NCBI RefSeq assembly: GCF_036321535.1
Contig: NC_087437.1
Location: 87,298,001-87,362,000 of the forward strand
DNA from: Camelus dromedarius
Taxonomy: Eukaryota
Direction of reading: 5' to 3'
Length of the DNA: 64,000 nt
Shown: in pieces, positions 1 to 12,454 of the stretch
Numbering within the stretch: the stretch's first letter is position 1
Layout of the letters: every line of letters begins with the position of its first letter
The notes under the pieces: model-generated
Seen by the model: the letters and a program-made list of their open reading frames with translations, nothing else
Told to the model about the DNA's origin: nothing
The model's database searches: none
Translations under genes and position numbers: made by a program

Positions 1-494
1 ATGTATTTTGAATTGTTTTTATTTTTCTTCCTGCCATCTTATCCTTACATCATATCCTGTCATGAGAACTACTGTGTTGCTGTGTCCTCCCACCATGAGC
101 TCAAATACATGGTTGCTGAAAGAAAGAATAGTGATAAAGGTGTATGTGATGCATATCTAAAAAGGATAATTGATTCACAAGGTTTAAATAGAAAGCTTCA
201 AATACACTTTTATGGTATAAAGACATATAGAGAAAACAATATTGCATAATCCAATTTAATATGTAATTCAGTTAGCTGGCGTGACTCATACCTTACCCTA
301 GGATGAAGAATGGGAGCTGGCCAGGTGAAATGGGAGCTGGGAAACTGCTGGGACACCACTTTATCCCCAAGAAGGACAATCCACTTATGAATAATTGAAA
401 ATTGGCTGTCTAGTAAAACATTACTATTGCCAGGGTTTCCACTCAGAAATAAACAAAAGTTCCTGAATGACCAAAGGAAAAGAGGTTAAAAACT

Positions 495-722
495 AGCATG
501 AATAAGACCTCCTGTATGCCAAGAACCCTGCCATAGAGTTCATGTGAAGTCACATGTTGGCCTCTTCCCCTCAACAGTTCTGTGAGGTTTCTATTTTACA
601 TAGAAGAGGAAACTGGAAAGTTTAAGTACACTTTCCCAAGGGAACAGAATAAGTAATTGCAGATTAGGGGTGTGAATTCAGGTCTGCCTGACTCCAAAGT
701 CCATGCTATTTCTACACCACCC
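495..722 (-). mobile_element. MIR SINE
   Basis: Antisense MIR core: 'ctattttacatagaagaggaaactg...tttaagtacactttcccaagg...gaattcaggtctgcctgactccaaagtccatgct'. Confidence 0.8.
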
Positions 723-826
723 CCTTGACTGCTTGTGAGTCACTAGTTCATGATGGGTATGGGTGGAAATGTACTAGTATTCCAAATAAAATCTTTTCAT
801 CTAACATACACATAATACACACACAG

Positions 827-1735
827 TGTATACCAATCAGACTGCATTTTTTTTTTTTTGATGTTTGACTGCTTACAACTTTCAAGCCCCACTGTTTTTC
901 CTTACCCAGCCCCACATGTGGGCAAGCTGGTAAGTGTTGGACTGTACCTTGCAGGCCTGCAAGCCTTGTAGTTCCCAATCTCAAGGCTGAAGAAAAAGCC
1001 TGGAAACAGTGACAGAGACATCAATGGTTTATTAGATAGGAAATCTTATGCATTTGAAGCAGAAGGTCCTGGAGTGACACCCCACTGTGTCCCGCTGATA
1101 GCAGGCAGGACATGACAACAATCTTTGCTACTTGGGGGAGAAGGAGGCTGCCATTTACAGGGGAAATTTATGTCAGGTTGGTTTACCAGTTACCAGGGAA
1201 ACCAGCAGCTGGAACACATCCCTTACAGCTCCTCAGATTAAGGACCATCATAAGGGCAGATATTTCCCTTTAATAAACTAGCAGCTTGAGCCATTCTGGC
1301 CTAAGGATTGGAACAATCACCAGCTAGGGCAGGGGGCAAGCATGTGTGTGTGAGCAGGGTGTAGACGAAGCAGGGACTGGTTGAGTGCAGGATGTACAAA
1401 GAGCAAGGGAAGAGCCATCTTGAGTGGCTTGACTATACAATAAGAAAGCCCAGGTGCTGTTGGAAAGTTCAAACCATGCAAATCCTAGCCTTCATGGAGG
1501 AACTCTCTTACCAATTCCACCCCCAGCTCTCTTAAAAACTCACAAGCTGCTTTCCTTTCCCTACTCTTCTAAGGCATTTTTGCACCTGTTGGGGGTCAGC
1601 TGTGCTCTGCCTAGAAAGTTCTATTATATTGCAATAAACTTCAAATCTTCAAACCATATGTGGCATTAACAGTCTTGACATCTGAACCAAATTTTGTTTA
1701 GAGGGTCTATTCTCTTATTGTGGGTGACCACCACA
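827..1735 (+). mobile_element. 5' LTR (MER73-like), split by a nested LTR
   Basis: Starts tgtatacc, ends ccaca directly before the PBS; AATAAA near 1633; aligns by eye to 3434-3850. Confidence 0.75.
935..1439 (-). mobile_element. Solo LTR (ERVL class, MER70-like) nested in the 5' LTR
   Basis: TG...CA termini; near-perfect 5-bp TSD gtaag (930-934)/ataag (1440-1444); minus-strand AATAAA near 1028-1033; removing it restores the motif seen in the 3' LTR. Confidence 0.75.
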
Positions 1736-1737
1736 TT

Positions 1738-1755
1738 TGGCACAGCAAGCAGAGT
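1738..1755 (+). promoter_or_regulatory. Retroviral primer-binding site complementary to tRNA-Ser(TGA)
   Basis: TGGCACAGCAAGCAGAGT matches TGGCGCAGCGAGCAGGGT at 15/18 positions; two of the three mismatches are CpG-to-CpA decay. Confidence 0.7.
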
Positions 1756-2947
1756 GTCCAGATAATGGCCACCACCACTGGGAATCTTTCTTTGCCTGCA
1801 TTGGCTTGCTAACTGGATATGCTGCTTGTTGGCAAGCTTGTGCTTTGAGCTATGCTGCTTTGTGCTCTTTGTTAATTCCTACTGAACCTCTTGTAGATTT
1901 AACCAACCTGAGTCGTAAGTTTCAATAATTAGCATTTATGGACAAAAGTATGTGTTTGGGGTCCTCTTTAAAATGGTCTGGGTCATGTGGATTGGCCCAG
2001 ATTTCTCTGTGTGTTTCAGATTGACTCATGTGTCTTGATTCTAGCATAATTTGTGACTAAAGCTAGGCTCAAAAGCAACTTTTAATGCTGACTGACACTT
2101 AATGAGCTCTTAAAGTTCAACTAGGCGTTGAAAGCCATTCTGTTGGAAGTCAGGGTAAAGACTGATACGCTGTGCAATATATAGGCCCGTTGGGTGATTG
2201 CCCCCATGAAGGAATAGCATTTACCACATGGCATGATGAGATAACAGTCCTAAAAAAGATGACTTACTGGGACCCTACAAACTGTCTTTGCTGCTGCTGC
2301 TGCCTGGTTCTGTAACAAAGTTCCTGATTCTGCAGGTTATAGGGAAAACACCCATGACACTCCCAAGTCACAGCCAAAGGATTAATTCAAACCTAACTGA
2401 AGTCCATGGCCCTTAAACCCTGGACCAGCCAAGGTGGCCATAGGTTGCCCGGGGACTTCTGGTGTAAGAAATTGCCCTCCTTGATTCCACTGTTTTTAGC
2501 ATTACAGTGACCATTGCTGGCTGCATACTGGCCTTTCCTGAGAATAGCAGGTCTCCCAGGCCCTAAGCCCCAAACCCTCGATTGCCAGCTCCCTGATGTC
2601 TTGGGTCATAGAAACAGTACCCCATAAGTTCAGGACAACCTGAACCACAGAGCCTTCCTTCTAGAGGACAAAGTCAAAGGCAAGTACTCTGGCATATCTC
2701 AACTACAGGAAAGTTGTCTCCTTCAGCCTCAATATCTTGCCAGGTACCATGGTTTAGAGGAAAACTCCTCTGTCGTCAGTCCCTTGGGTACAACTGTGTA
2801 AACAAAGCAAGTGCATATACTTTATAAATAGCAGGACCACCATCACATACGATGGGGCTCGCTGAAGGGCTGCCTCTTTTTATCCCTTTACTAGGATGTC
2901 CCTGATCAAGGATAGAATACAAAGTTTAGCGCAATTGGCTGTATTTT

Positions 2948-3371
2948 AAGCAGCCATCTTAGAAATGGATATCCTGGCCAACAGTTGGCCCCGCATGTAC
3001 ATTTTACAGACTCTTGGTCATTACCAATAGTTTGGCCATCTGCTCTGACAGTGACAACAACTATTGTTTATCTAGGATTGCCTCTTTTGGGGTTAAGAAC
3101 TCTGGCTCCTTTGCTTCATAGATAGCCAAAGAGATACATCAAGATCATACAGGTTTCTGCACATACTAAAGCCACAATACAAGGCAACACCAAAATACTC
3201 CTTACTTGTTTCAGAGTTCTTGAATCTATTATTGATAATGCCCAAAGCACTTACTTCACTTGCAAAGCTGCATAATACTGAACTCTTGAACAATACAGTC
3301 AATAGAACATTCACCTACCTTACCAGCCTCAGGCAACAGACCTCATAGAGTATGATGATAGTTTATTTAAA
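2948..3371 (+). pseudogene. ERV pro/pol remnants
   Basis: AAILEMDILA (~2950) resembles the protease ILG.DIL motif. DNAQSTYFT (~3235) and HLPYQPQATDLIEYDDSLFK (3312-3371) resemble the class III integrase core (SDQGTHFT; H.PYHPQAAGLIERWNGLLK). Frames are disrupted. Confidence 0.65.
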
Positions 3372-3433
3372 CACGTTTAAATTCAATTAACTGAAATGTT
3401 GTATCAGGTATCAGTCAAATATCAGAAGTGAAT

Positions 3434-3850
3434 TGTAATATAGAGTCAAATTCAGTGTTCACTGTTTGCTGACAGATTTCAAACCCACCACTCCTTTTCC
3501 CCCTTATGCTGTACATCTGGGTCAGCTGATTAGAAAGCCCAGTGCTCCCTCCTTTGGTGCTTTGGGAATTCCAAACCACACGAGCCACAGCCCATGCGAA
3601 AGAACCCTCATCCTACCCTGCACCTCCTATCTACCATAAAAACCCTGAAGACAATCTCTGTTCTCTGTTGTTTCAAGCCATTTTGGGATCTTCTTGGGAG
3701 CACATTCTGTTTCCCCCCAGTAAACCTCATTATGTGAGTGATAAACTTTTTCATACTCTCTTGATGAGTTTGTGGCATCATCTGTCTTGATATCTAAACC
3801 AGATTTTGAGTTTAGAGGATCCATCTCACCTCTATGGGGTGAATGTAACA
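3434..3850 (+). mobile_element. 3' LTR (MER73-like)
   Basis: Starts tgtaata, ends tgtaaca; colinear with the 5' LTR. Confidence 0.75.
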
Positions 3851-4639
3851 AAATGCATTTCAGTTATTTTGGCATAGGAAATCTATAAAGTAGCAATTCT
3901 CTGCATTATAGTGTAGTTCAACTGTATTACCATTATCAAAGAGTTTTAAATCTTTTCTGAAAGCATCATTTTTAATGTATAGTATCCAAACTGCAAAATT
4001 CTGACTAAAACCCCCTACAGCAAACTTTTCTTGCAACTAACATATGGTCTTTCTGATGTGGCTGGCTAAGCCTTGTAAAAAGAGTAAAAAGAAATATTGT
4101 CCTCTTTTTTTCCAATTCTTTTCTGTGTGTATTATACAAAATTTAAGTTCCCAAACATTTAAAAATCTCCATTTTAGTCAGAGCAGCAATGTTCTAACTG
4201 GTTCTGCATTTTGTTTTTCAAAGGAAAAAAGTCTCCAGTGGTTTATTTTCCCGAGGTTAAATTGCCAATCCAAACTATATTTAGCATGCATTTTATGGAA
4301 AATTTGTTCTTCCAGAACTTATACTTCCAGAACATTTGCATTTAACTAATTCAAACACACTTTAGAAGAGTCATCTGAATATTTTTAAAAATTAAGTTTG
4401 CTTTTCTTTTTTTCTTGTAAACCTTTGCAATCTTTGTTGAGCAATAAATCCTATTTTGTTGATGTTTATGAACAGTGGCATTTGTGAAGCACGTCAAGAC
4501 ATTACTCTTTTGGCCAAAGCATGTCTGATAGCAGGATGCCTATGAGGGTGATGTTCTGGTTGTGAGTTTTAAAAGGGTTAATATTATCTGGGAACTATAT
4601 TTATGTACATTGTCCTAAGTCAGAGTAGCCCTTGTAAAT

Positions 4640-4663
4640 AAACAAAACAAAACAAAACAAAAA
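4640..4663 (+). repeat. (AAAAC)n simple repeat
   Basis: aaacaaaacaaaacaaaacaaaaac. Confidence 0.8.
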
Positions 4664-5429
4664 CCTTATTGAGGGTGGCTAGGGTTACTTTTCAGAAAAG
4701 AGTTTCAACATCAAAAAGGAACTTTTTGGTTAAGGAGTTAAGGTTTAACGTTAAGGAGAAATAAGATGGGAGAAAGAGCTGTAGGATTAGTGGTTGAGGT
4801 CATCAGATGCAGAAAGGAATTGGGTTCTGTGTCCAGGAAAACTGCTACAGCATTGTGTCAGTTAGGGGTATACTGAAGGTGTTCTTTCATACGGTGCCTA
4901 GGGTTTGTGTCACTCTGGTGCCCATGACACATGAGGCATGTACTGTTTTGCCATGGAGGATAGGCAGGTTGAGCAGCAACCCTTCAAACTGAATCAATCT
5001 CCACGGTTTTCTGGGACCCACTTTTGGATCTAGATCCCATTTGGTTTTGAGTAAGAGAAGTTTGTATTGTAAAAGAGAGTCCGTTTTTAAAATAATTATT
5101 GATTTTCACTTTCCCCATCTCTTGACTTTCCTCAACAGATTTGGGCACTTTGTATAGATCTGAATTTTAAAAATGCACATGTGTAATTTCATTAAAATAA
5201 TTTCCATAAATATCTGTTGCATCCATTGAGTTATATATAACCTTTTTGAGGTTAGGGAATAGGTTATATTTGTCTTTAAATTCTTTACCTCTGACATAGA
5301 ATTTGATTTATGAGGGTCTCAATATATTTCTGTGTGATGTTATCTTATTCAAAAAGTAAGCAGACTTACATGAGATTCCTGAACAGCTGTTAGCAAGACC
5401 TCACTTGTAACCCACTCTAGAAATTTTGC

Positions 5430-5765
5430 CTCTGCTCCATGGCACTACCTCTAACTGAACAGTCATAGCTTTTCATTTGCCACATTTTACTGCATATGAT
5501 ATTTTATCATAACTAATCACCAATGAGCTCCTCTTTTTGGGGAAGACTGCATCAGATTCATGTTTGTACGCCCACAGTGTGTTTTGCAGGGACACATGCA
5601 GTAAATGCTTTGTTTGATACTTCTTTAGGATACATTTTTAATATTATTAATTTACAAATATCCTGGGTAAAAGGGCTAAACACTCTGTTCACTTAAGTAA
5701 TGTAACATAATCTCTTGCACATAATAGACATTCAGCAAGCATTTGTTGACTGAAAGAATAAATAA
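5430..5765 (+). mobile_element. L2 3'-end fragments
   Basis: L2 tail-like 'ttgcacataatagacattcagcaagcatttgttgactgaaagaataaat'. Confidence 0.45.
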
Positions 5766-7123
5766 ATTTGTTGGTCTAGCAGAGCCCTGAAATATTTATA
5801 ATTTAAAGTAGGGCAAGAATGACTATGAAAGCAGAAATTAACTTCACAGCACACCCCAAACCTTGTACAGTCAGAAGGGTCAGTTCCCTGACTTTAAGCC
5901 TCTCTTACCAGCTTCTCAGTATCTAGAGGAAATAAATAAAGCTTTCTAAGGGGTTGTCTAAGGGGTCTCCTTCCCTGTTTATGTAGAGGCAGAGGGAAAA
6001 CACCTCCTGTCCTGTGCATGCCCTTGACTGAAGGAGAATTCTCCATCGTCTTACCTGTTCAGCCTCAGCCTGGAGGTGAAGCAGGTCTAATACAGCTATT
6101 GCAATGCCCTGCAAAGGTGGCCCGGCACCTCATTTTAAACTACCTCTCATGATTTTGGCATTTGAGGGTGTCTGTGAGGCTGGAAATCTAAGGAAACATG
6201 AGCCATAATGAAGACTGTGTAACCCATTGAATAAGGCTCTAAGCACCAGTAGGTCTTCTCTTAACTGCCGTTAACCGAAGAAGGCCTGCCTTTGAGATGT
6301 GACAGGTTATTGTAGGGCATACAATTTCTTGTACACATAGCACTTATATAATTCTGAAGTCAATTTGGCAGATTTCCTCCTTTCATCCCAGACCAAAGTG
6401 TTTCTTGATGGAGATTCAAAATCTCTCTCATCATAGATTTGAAGATAAAGATTTAATGAGTGAAATCTATGAACCGAGGGGCAGGCAGATAGGAACTCCT
6501 CTTTCACTGGCTGACCTGAGATCTTTTATCGTTGCTGTTTAAGTAGGAATGTGTGTCAACAGGGTCTTCTATTCAAGCTTAGAAAGAAGGTGTTCAGGAC
6601 ACATAGAATAGCAAAGAAGAAGGTAGAAAAGGAAATAATAGAGTAAGTTGAGATGGCTTGCAGAAATACATGGACAGCCAAGAAAGGACAGAACCACAGC
6701 AGCAAATAAAAACCTAATGTCATAGTTAAAACCCAATGTAAACCACAGCAAATGCAGTGCCATCCAGATTTCAGCTGAGCAACACTGCCCTTTGATACAT
6801 CGGTAAAGTTAGCTCAAGCCTTTATCCCAAGTTTGCTGCAACGTCCTGTCCCAGTACATCTAAGCATTAAAATTCTCATGGTCATTTCTGACAGATGTTT
6901 TTACTTCTGTGAAACTCAGATAGCTTTTCCCACGAGGCTTTGTTTTTGAAGCACAATTCACTGAAAATTTAGGAAGATCAAGATAGTTTTTAGTCTCAGC
7001 AAGGCATACCGCTTTAAAATGATCTTAGGTATTCCTGTTATAGCCTGTGGCTGTTCCAATGATCACTTTCTGCACTGGCTTCAGCGTCCTGATACAAGTT
7101 TTCTCTTTCCTCTCTTTTCCCTC

Positions 7124-7626
7124 AATATAAGCTTAAAAATATTCCCCACAAAATATATCCACATTTTAATCCCTGGAACTTGTCAGTGTTACCTTACATA
7201 GGGTGAAAAACCAACCAACCAAACAGAAAGCCCAGATGTGATTAAGGATCGTGAAATAAGGGGAGTATTCTGTCTGGATGGGCCGTAAATGCAATTGCAT
7301 GAATCCCTGTAAGAGAGAGGCAGAGGGAGATTTTATAAGCAGACACACAGAGGAGAAGGGGATATGCAGATGGAGCAGGGAGAGATTTGAGGATACTGAC
7401 TTTGAAGATTCGGGTGATGCAGCCATAAGCCAAGGAATTCTGAGAGCTGCCAGGAGTGGGAGGAGGCAAGGGATGGATTCTCCCCTAGAGCTCTGGATAG
7501 GGTGCAGCTCTGCCAAACACCTTTATTTCCCCATGGTGACACTTACTTTGGACTTCTGGCTTCTGTAATTGCTTTATACCATTAAGTTTGTGTAATTTGT
7601 TGCAGCTGCCATTGGAAACAAATATG
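7124..7626 (+). mobile_element. MaLR LTR, MLT1D-like
   Basis: 'taatccctggaac', 'cagatgtgattaaggatc', 'agagaggcagagggagattt', 'aagccaaggaat', 'ggattctcccctagagc' and a terminus resembling ggaaactaataca. Confidence 0.85.
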
Positions 7627-8267
7627 TTCTCACCCCTCTCTTTTCTCTTTCACTCTTTGTTCTTCTCTTCTACTCCTAGTTTCTCATTATTCCCTCTGCT
7701 AAGCAGTTAGCTGTCTTTTGTGTACACCCTGGTTTTCAGGATATTTACCTTTCCCAGCCTATATAAGAAGCGGGGGGTAGTGGAGGATGGTCTACCCACT
7801 GACAGCTGTGTGCAAATGTGGCCAAACACTTCCAATAACCATTTTCTCAGCCTTAGGCTAGATTGCATTTCTGAATTAGAATTTTCCTGCATAAACATCC
7901 TTATTCTCACCTTAGTCCTGGGTAAGGCTAAGGAAAATAGAGTTTTGCTTTTTTAGTGTCAACACATATAAAGATTGGGAACCAGGATAAAAATGTTTCC
8001 TGACAAACATATAAATAGACTCTGAAAAATATTTTGATGGAATGGGCAAAACAACCACACATAAGATACTGAAAGCAAAAAGTCAAAAGCAGAGGAACAA
8101 GCATTTAAAACATTTAATGAAGGCACACAGCTGATTCTGTGAACTTTTACAATCTCTCCATCAGAGGAAGAATTGGGTGAAATCTATACTCACCATATTA
8201 TAGCTTGAGATTAGTTGTTATGTTCAGTAATTGGTTGAATTACTTATATATTTTGGTTATATTGTGG

Positions 8268-8400
8268 AGTTTCTCAGAGTGTGATTCTTGGAAGTATCAG
8301 AGATTCTTATTACACATATAGATAGATTCCTGGACATCAACCTAGACTCTCTGATGGAGAAAACTGACAATTTGTATTTTTAACAAACTAAACGTGAGAA
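8268..8400. mobile_element. Degraded hAT-Charlie MITE (MER5-like)
   Basis: 'agtttctcagagtgtg...gatagattcctggac...tgtatttttaacaa'. Confidence 0.4.
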
Positions 8401-8798
8401 ATGCTAATATTCTGGAATTTTAATGAGTTTACTAATTTTCACAGTTATCTGGAACCAATAATATTTATTTACTGGTAAATGCTACTTCCATAAGTGTGGA
8501 TTCACTAAAGTATTTCCATCTTGTTCCACATCCCACTGTAGGACTCCTAGTGTCTACACTAGGCAGCACCCTAACTAATGAATTGCTGTTTATCTCCATG
8601 GCATAGATGCACAGTTTGAGATGGGTATCTCTGATTTGCTCTGCCTGGAGTCTTGCCCTTTAGTAGAGAAAAAGGAGTTTGAGATTACTTTCTAAGCCAT
8701 CATAAGAGACCTCTAAAAACAACTCATATGGAGCTGAACTGCCTAAGTCACTGAGCATACCAATAGAGTCAGACGTAAAAAAGAATCCTGAAGGAATA

Positions 8799-8942
8799 CA
8801 GTCCACCCTGTGTATCTGCAGATGTGGAACCTGCAGATAGGGAGGGTCGACCGTAAGGAAGAGTAAGGAAATTGAGCATCCACAGATTTTGGTATGCACA
8901 GGGTCCTGAGAGTAATTTCCCATGAATACCGAGGGGTGACTA
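8799..8942 (+). mobile_element. TcMar-Tigger MITE (MER2/MER2B-like, internally deleted)
   Basis: TA flanks (8797-98 and 8943-44); imperfect TIRs cagtccaccctgtgtatc / gaataccgaggggtgacta; 'ttgagcatccacagattttggtat' typical of MER2. Confidence 0.8.
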
Positions 8943-11900
8943 TATTCCAAACTGCATCTGCTCTTGATTTTTTTTTTTCTTTTTCCTTTCAAAAGTCTCA
9001 GACTAAAGACGACTGCTTTTAGTTCTCTGGATGGTTCTGAAACTCATGAGGTGTAGAGTAAGACAGAAGGTAATCTCCAAGGTGACTAGGTCTGGAACCT
9101 CACAGAGGGCAAAGAAACTCGGCCTTTTACTTCTGAGTTGGTCGGTTACTTCGTAGACCAAAGTTGCATAGCATAACCTGGTATTTCCAACTCAGGGGGA
9201 AAAAATGGGTATTTTGTATCATTCATTATAATACTTCCTTTTCTCTGATTCAAGTTAAGTTCAAAAAGACAAATTGCTGGTTTATTTCATTTCCTTTACA
9301 GAGTTTTTGCTTTAAAGATGATCTGTTAAAGGATGGTAGAACAAAAGTACGCAGGGTTTATTTTCAAGCTCATCATACTAAAACAGATCTGTTTTTAATT
9401 TTTTAATTCAAAAACTGTATGGTATGGCATATGTATTTGAAATTTTAATGTGTTTACTAATTTTCACAGTTATCTGCAACCAATGCACAAATAATATTTG
9501 TTAACTAGTAGGTGCTGTTTCTGTAACTGTGGATGTTTTGCAAACTATTCGTTTGAAGAATGGACTTTCAAATCACTAGGGATCATCATAAAATTGTCTT
9601 TTTCCTATCACTGCTTATGTGAATTAAAGATTATTGTAAATTGAGAGGATCAATTAACTTTCAAAATACAACCAATTTGTCTCTGTTCTACCCCATGGCA
9701 GAAGGACATCAATTTTTTATAAACGCCTGAGAGTTTCTTACCTAAGAGAGCTAACTCTCTTATTTCACTGGGGTTTTTATTACATTAGAGAATAAATCAC
9801 ACAGCACCGGCTTGTTTTTATGGCAACCTTCTTGTCAGAGGCGGCTCGTTTTGCTTATCATGAGATGTTCAGGAAATTAACACTCTGCCGCTCTGAAAGG
9901 GTCCTCAGACAGCCCAGATTGAAGAACAGATTGCCTCTGCAATTCCTTCATCCTTTTGTCACACCTTAATAATTATGCACAATGAGTACCCAAATGCCTC
10001 CTATTGTGTACTGCTCATGATCACAGTACCAAAGAGGAAGTCGATGTGAACACAATGCATCAGGAGTATTAACTGGACCCCATCTTTTATCAGGTCTTGT
10101 AGACAAGTAGATGAATTGAAATGAAAGAGCAGCACTCAAAAGGAGCACTTGAAAAAGTGTTCTTCACTTGGTTGTTGGAAAGAGGAAAACAGTGTTGTAC
10201 TGTAACTGAAAACATTATATACGCTTCCATGGTATACATGTAAACAAATGACTTACAGTAATCTCCAAGTTGAGAGAGAGAGGGACAATTTTTTTCTTTA
10301 CCTCAAAAAAATCGCAGTAAAATAGTTTTAAAAAATAATTGTTCTGAGCCAAAATAGATAAAGAAAAATTAAAATTCAAAGTTAGCAAGCTGATAATTCA
10401 ATAAGTTTCTCCTGTGAATAAGCTAGTGTGAATCTGTCAAGAAATAAAACGGTTGGTTTAAAATTTCACAATTTTCTTTTTTGTGTGATTTATGTCTAAT
10501 GCTGGAAAATAAAAGTGGACAATCTTAAACAGTATTAGCATTTATTCTGATAATGTTCATTTATCGAGGCGGCACTTTTTGCTTCCCACGTCTATGGTAT
10601 TTATGTCCAAATGCAGTAGCCACTTGATAGTTCTACTTTGAATACCAACAGCAACTACTGATTAAAATTGTATCTATGGTACTGGGTTTCTCCTTATCAT
10701 AGTAGTTGGTAATGCAAAACTGCACACTGCTGAGATGATTATTCAGAATAATTGGTATGCCAAGTTTCCCTTTGAAAAATTAAAATCGTTTTTAGTTTGA
10801 CAATGTATTCGTTTAGCACTTTTTTTCTTTAAATGAATTCAGTGCCTCATAAAAGTGCTGGATTGACAGACTTTTGGAGAGGAGGCTTTTGTTTATCCCT
10901 CAAACGAGGACAGCATGGGCAGCAGCAGGGGAAGCTTCCACTTTTAGGCAGGTGGAACGCTCAAAAAAGAAAATTCACACTTCTGTCAATACCATTTAAA
11001 GTTCTCACTTACACCAGTTTCACATGAAAGAAAGCATTTTGTGGTTGTGACTCACATCTCACTCTCCTTCTCATGCTTAACTGAAGTTTTCCAGCCAATT
11101 CTGGAATTAATATAAATTTACCCATGTCACTGGTTCAGGGTTAGAGCCTGTGAAACCAGCACCACCATTTCTAAACTTCAATAATGCACATGTTTTTATC
11201 TGTGAAATTCATCCTCAGTCTATCTAGAAATGGATGAAAAGAAACTGGAGGTAGGAGGTGGTCAGCAGGAATCTGGTTTGTTTTATGTGTGTGGACACAG
11301 CAGTTATTTGTTCAAGCCAACGACAGCATTTAGCTTTAAACCTAAAGACTCTTCAGTGAATTTCCCCTGTTCGAGGTGGGTGACACTTTCTTCTACTAGC
11401 ATTAGCTTTGGCCTTGTTAGGGTAGAACCAGTGTTACTTTCAGGTTGTCCATGACATCTTGGTTGAGATTTTTCTTTTAAATAAAAAAAACTAAAAAATC
11501 CTAATTAATTGTTTTATCATACCTGCCTGTCCATAAATTATTACTGGTGAAACTTCTGGACTATTTTAATTAAATGATCAAATTTGGTAACAGATTTTGG
11601 AATGTTTTAGATGCATAAGCCCTGAAAATACACTGTGTAAATTTTCATGTGGGGGACATTTTTTAAAAATACATAAAAATGTAAAAGTTTAAGATCTGGT
11701 GAAAATACATTGTGTAAATAGTTTTGATAATAGCTGTGTAAATTGGTCAATAAAATAATATGAAAGCCTGATAAACTCCCACAGACTTATAATTTCTAGA
11801 GACAGTAGACAGTATGTTAAGTGCAGTTAATAATACACTAAGTGTAATAATAATATGTCTTATAATAAGTATTGTATATTCATCCTCCAGAAAGAAATTA

Positions 11901-12454
11901 TCATTAGGTTAACTATTTCTGTTTTTAATATGATGGTATAGCACATGATCTGTTCTAACATTAGAAGAGGAAGTGTTGATTTGCCCAGCTGACATTATTT
12001 AGATTATTTACTTTCTAGAATTTGAGAGTGATCAGCTATAACATCTGTGATCATATAGGTCACAGGTATTGATTTGGATGGCCTAATTTATTAATTATTG
12101 AGCCATTCTTCTATCACTGATATGTAATCTCTACTTAAATAGACTGAGCTTAGAGATAAATGAGGCCCTTTTTTTCTGAATCTAAGAGTTGTAATAACGA
12201 TGTGTAACAAAGTCTTTAGTCAGAGATAATTAACTAAATGAAGGACCTTTGGCTTGAAATTTGCCCTGTTATTCTATATGCAAAAAGCTTAAGAAGCATT
12301 ATTTTGGATTAGTTAAACGACCCATCAAGAATGTGATTATTTATAATAATTGTACCAAAATATGTTTCATAAAAGAACTTCTTTATTTCCTAAAGAGGAG
12401 TGGTGATTGTCATTTATTTTTGACACAATGCCAATAATTATAATTATGCTTGAG

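Larger units (their letters stand above)
827..3850 (+). mobile_element. Decayed class III endogenous retrovirus (MER73-like LTRs, ~1.7 kb internal remnant)
   Basis: Two colinear TG...CA LTRs (827-1735, interrupted, and 3434-3850) share blocks such as 'agaaagcccag', 'tgtggcat', 'gtcttga' and 'gtttagagg'. PBS follows the 5' LTR, a purine-rich tract precedes the 3' LTR, and protease/integrase-like peptides lie between. Confidence 0.8.

Noticed and set aside
309..340. Direct repeat aatgggagctgg x2
   Set aside because: Only two copies, consistent with local slippage; not an array.
7166..7568. Four overlapping ORFs
   Set aside because: They lie entirely within the MLT1D-like LTR.
7690..7930. TATATAAG as a promoter
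   Set aside because: No CpG island or downstream exon; possibly an old LTR fragment that I cannot assign.
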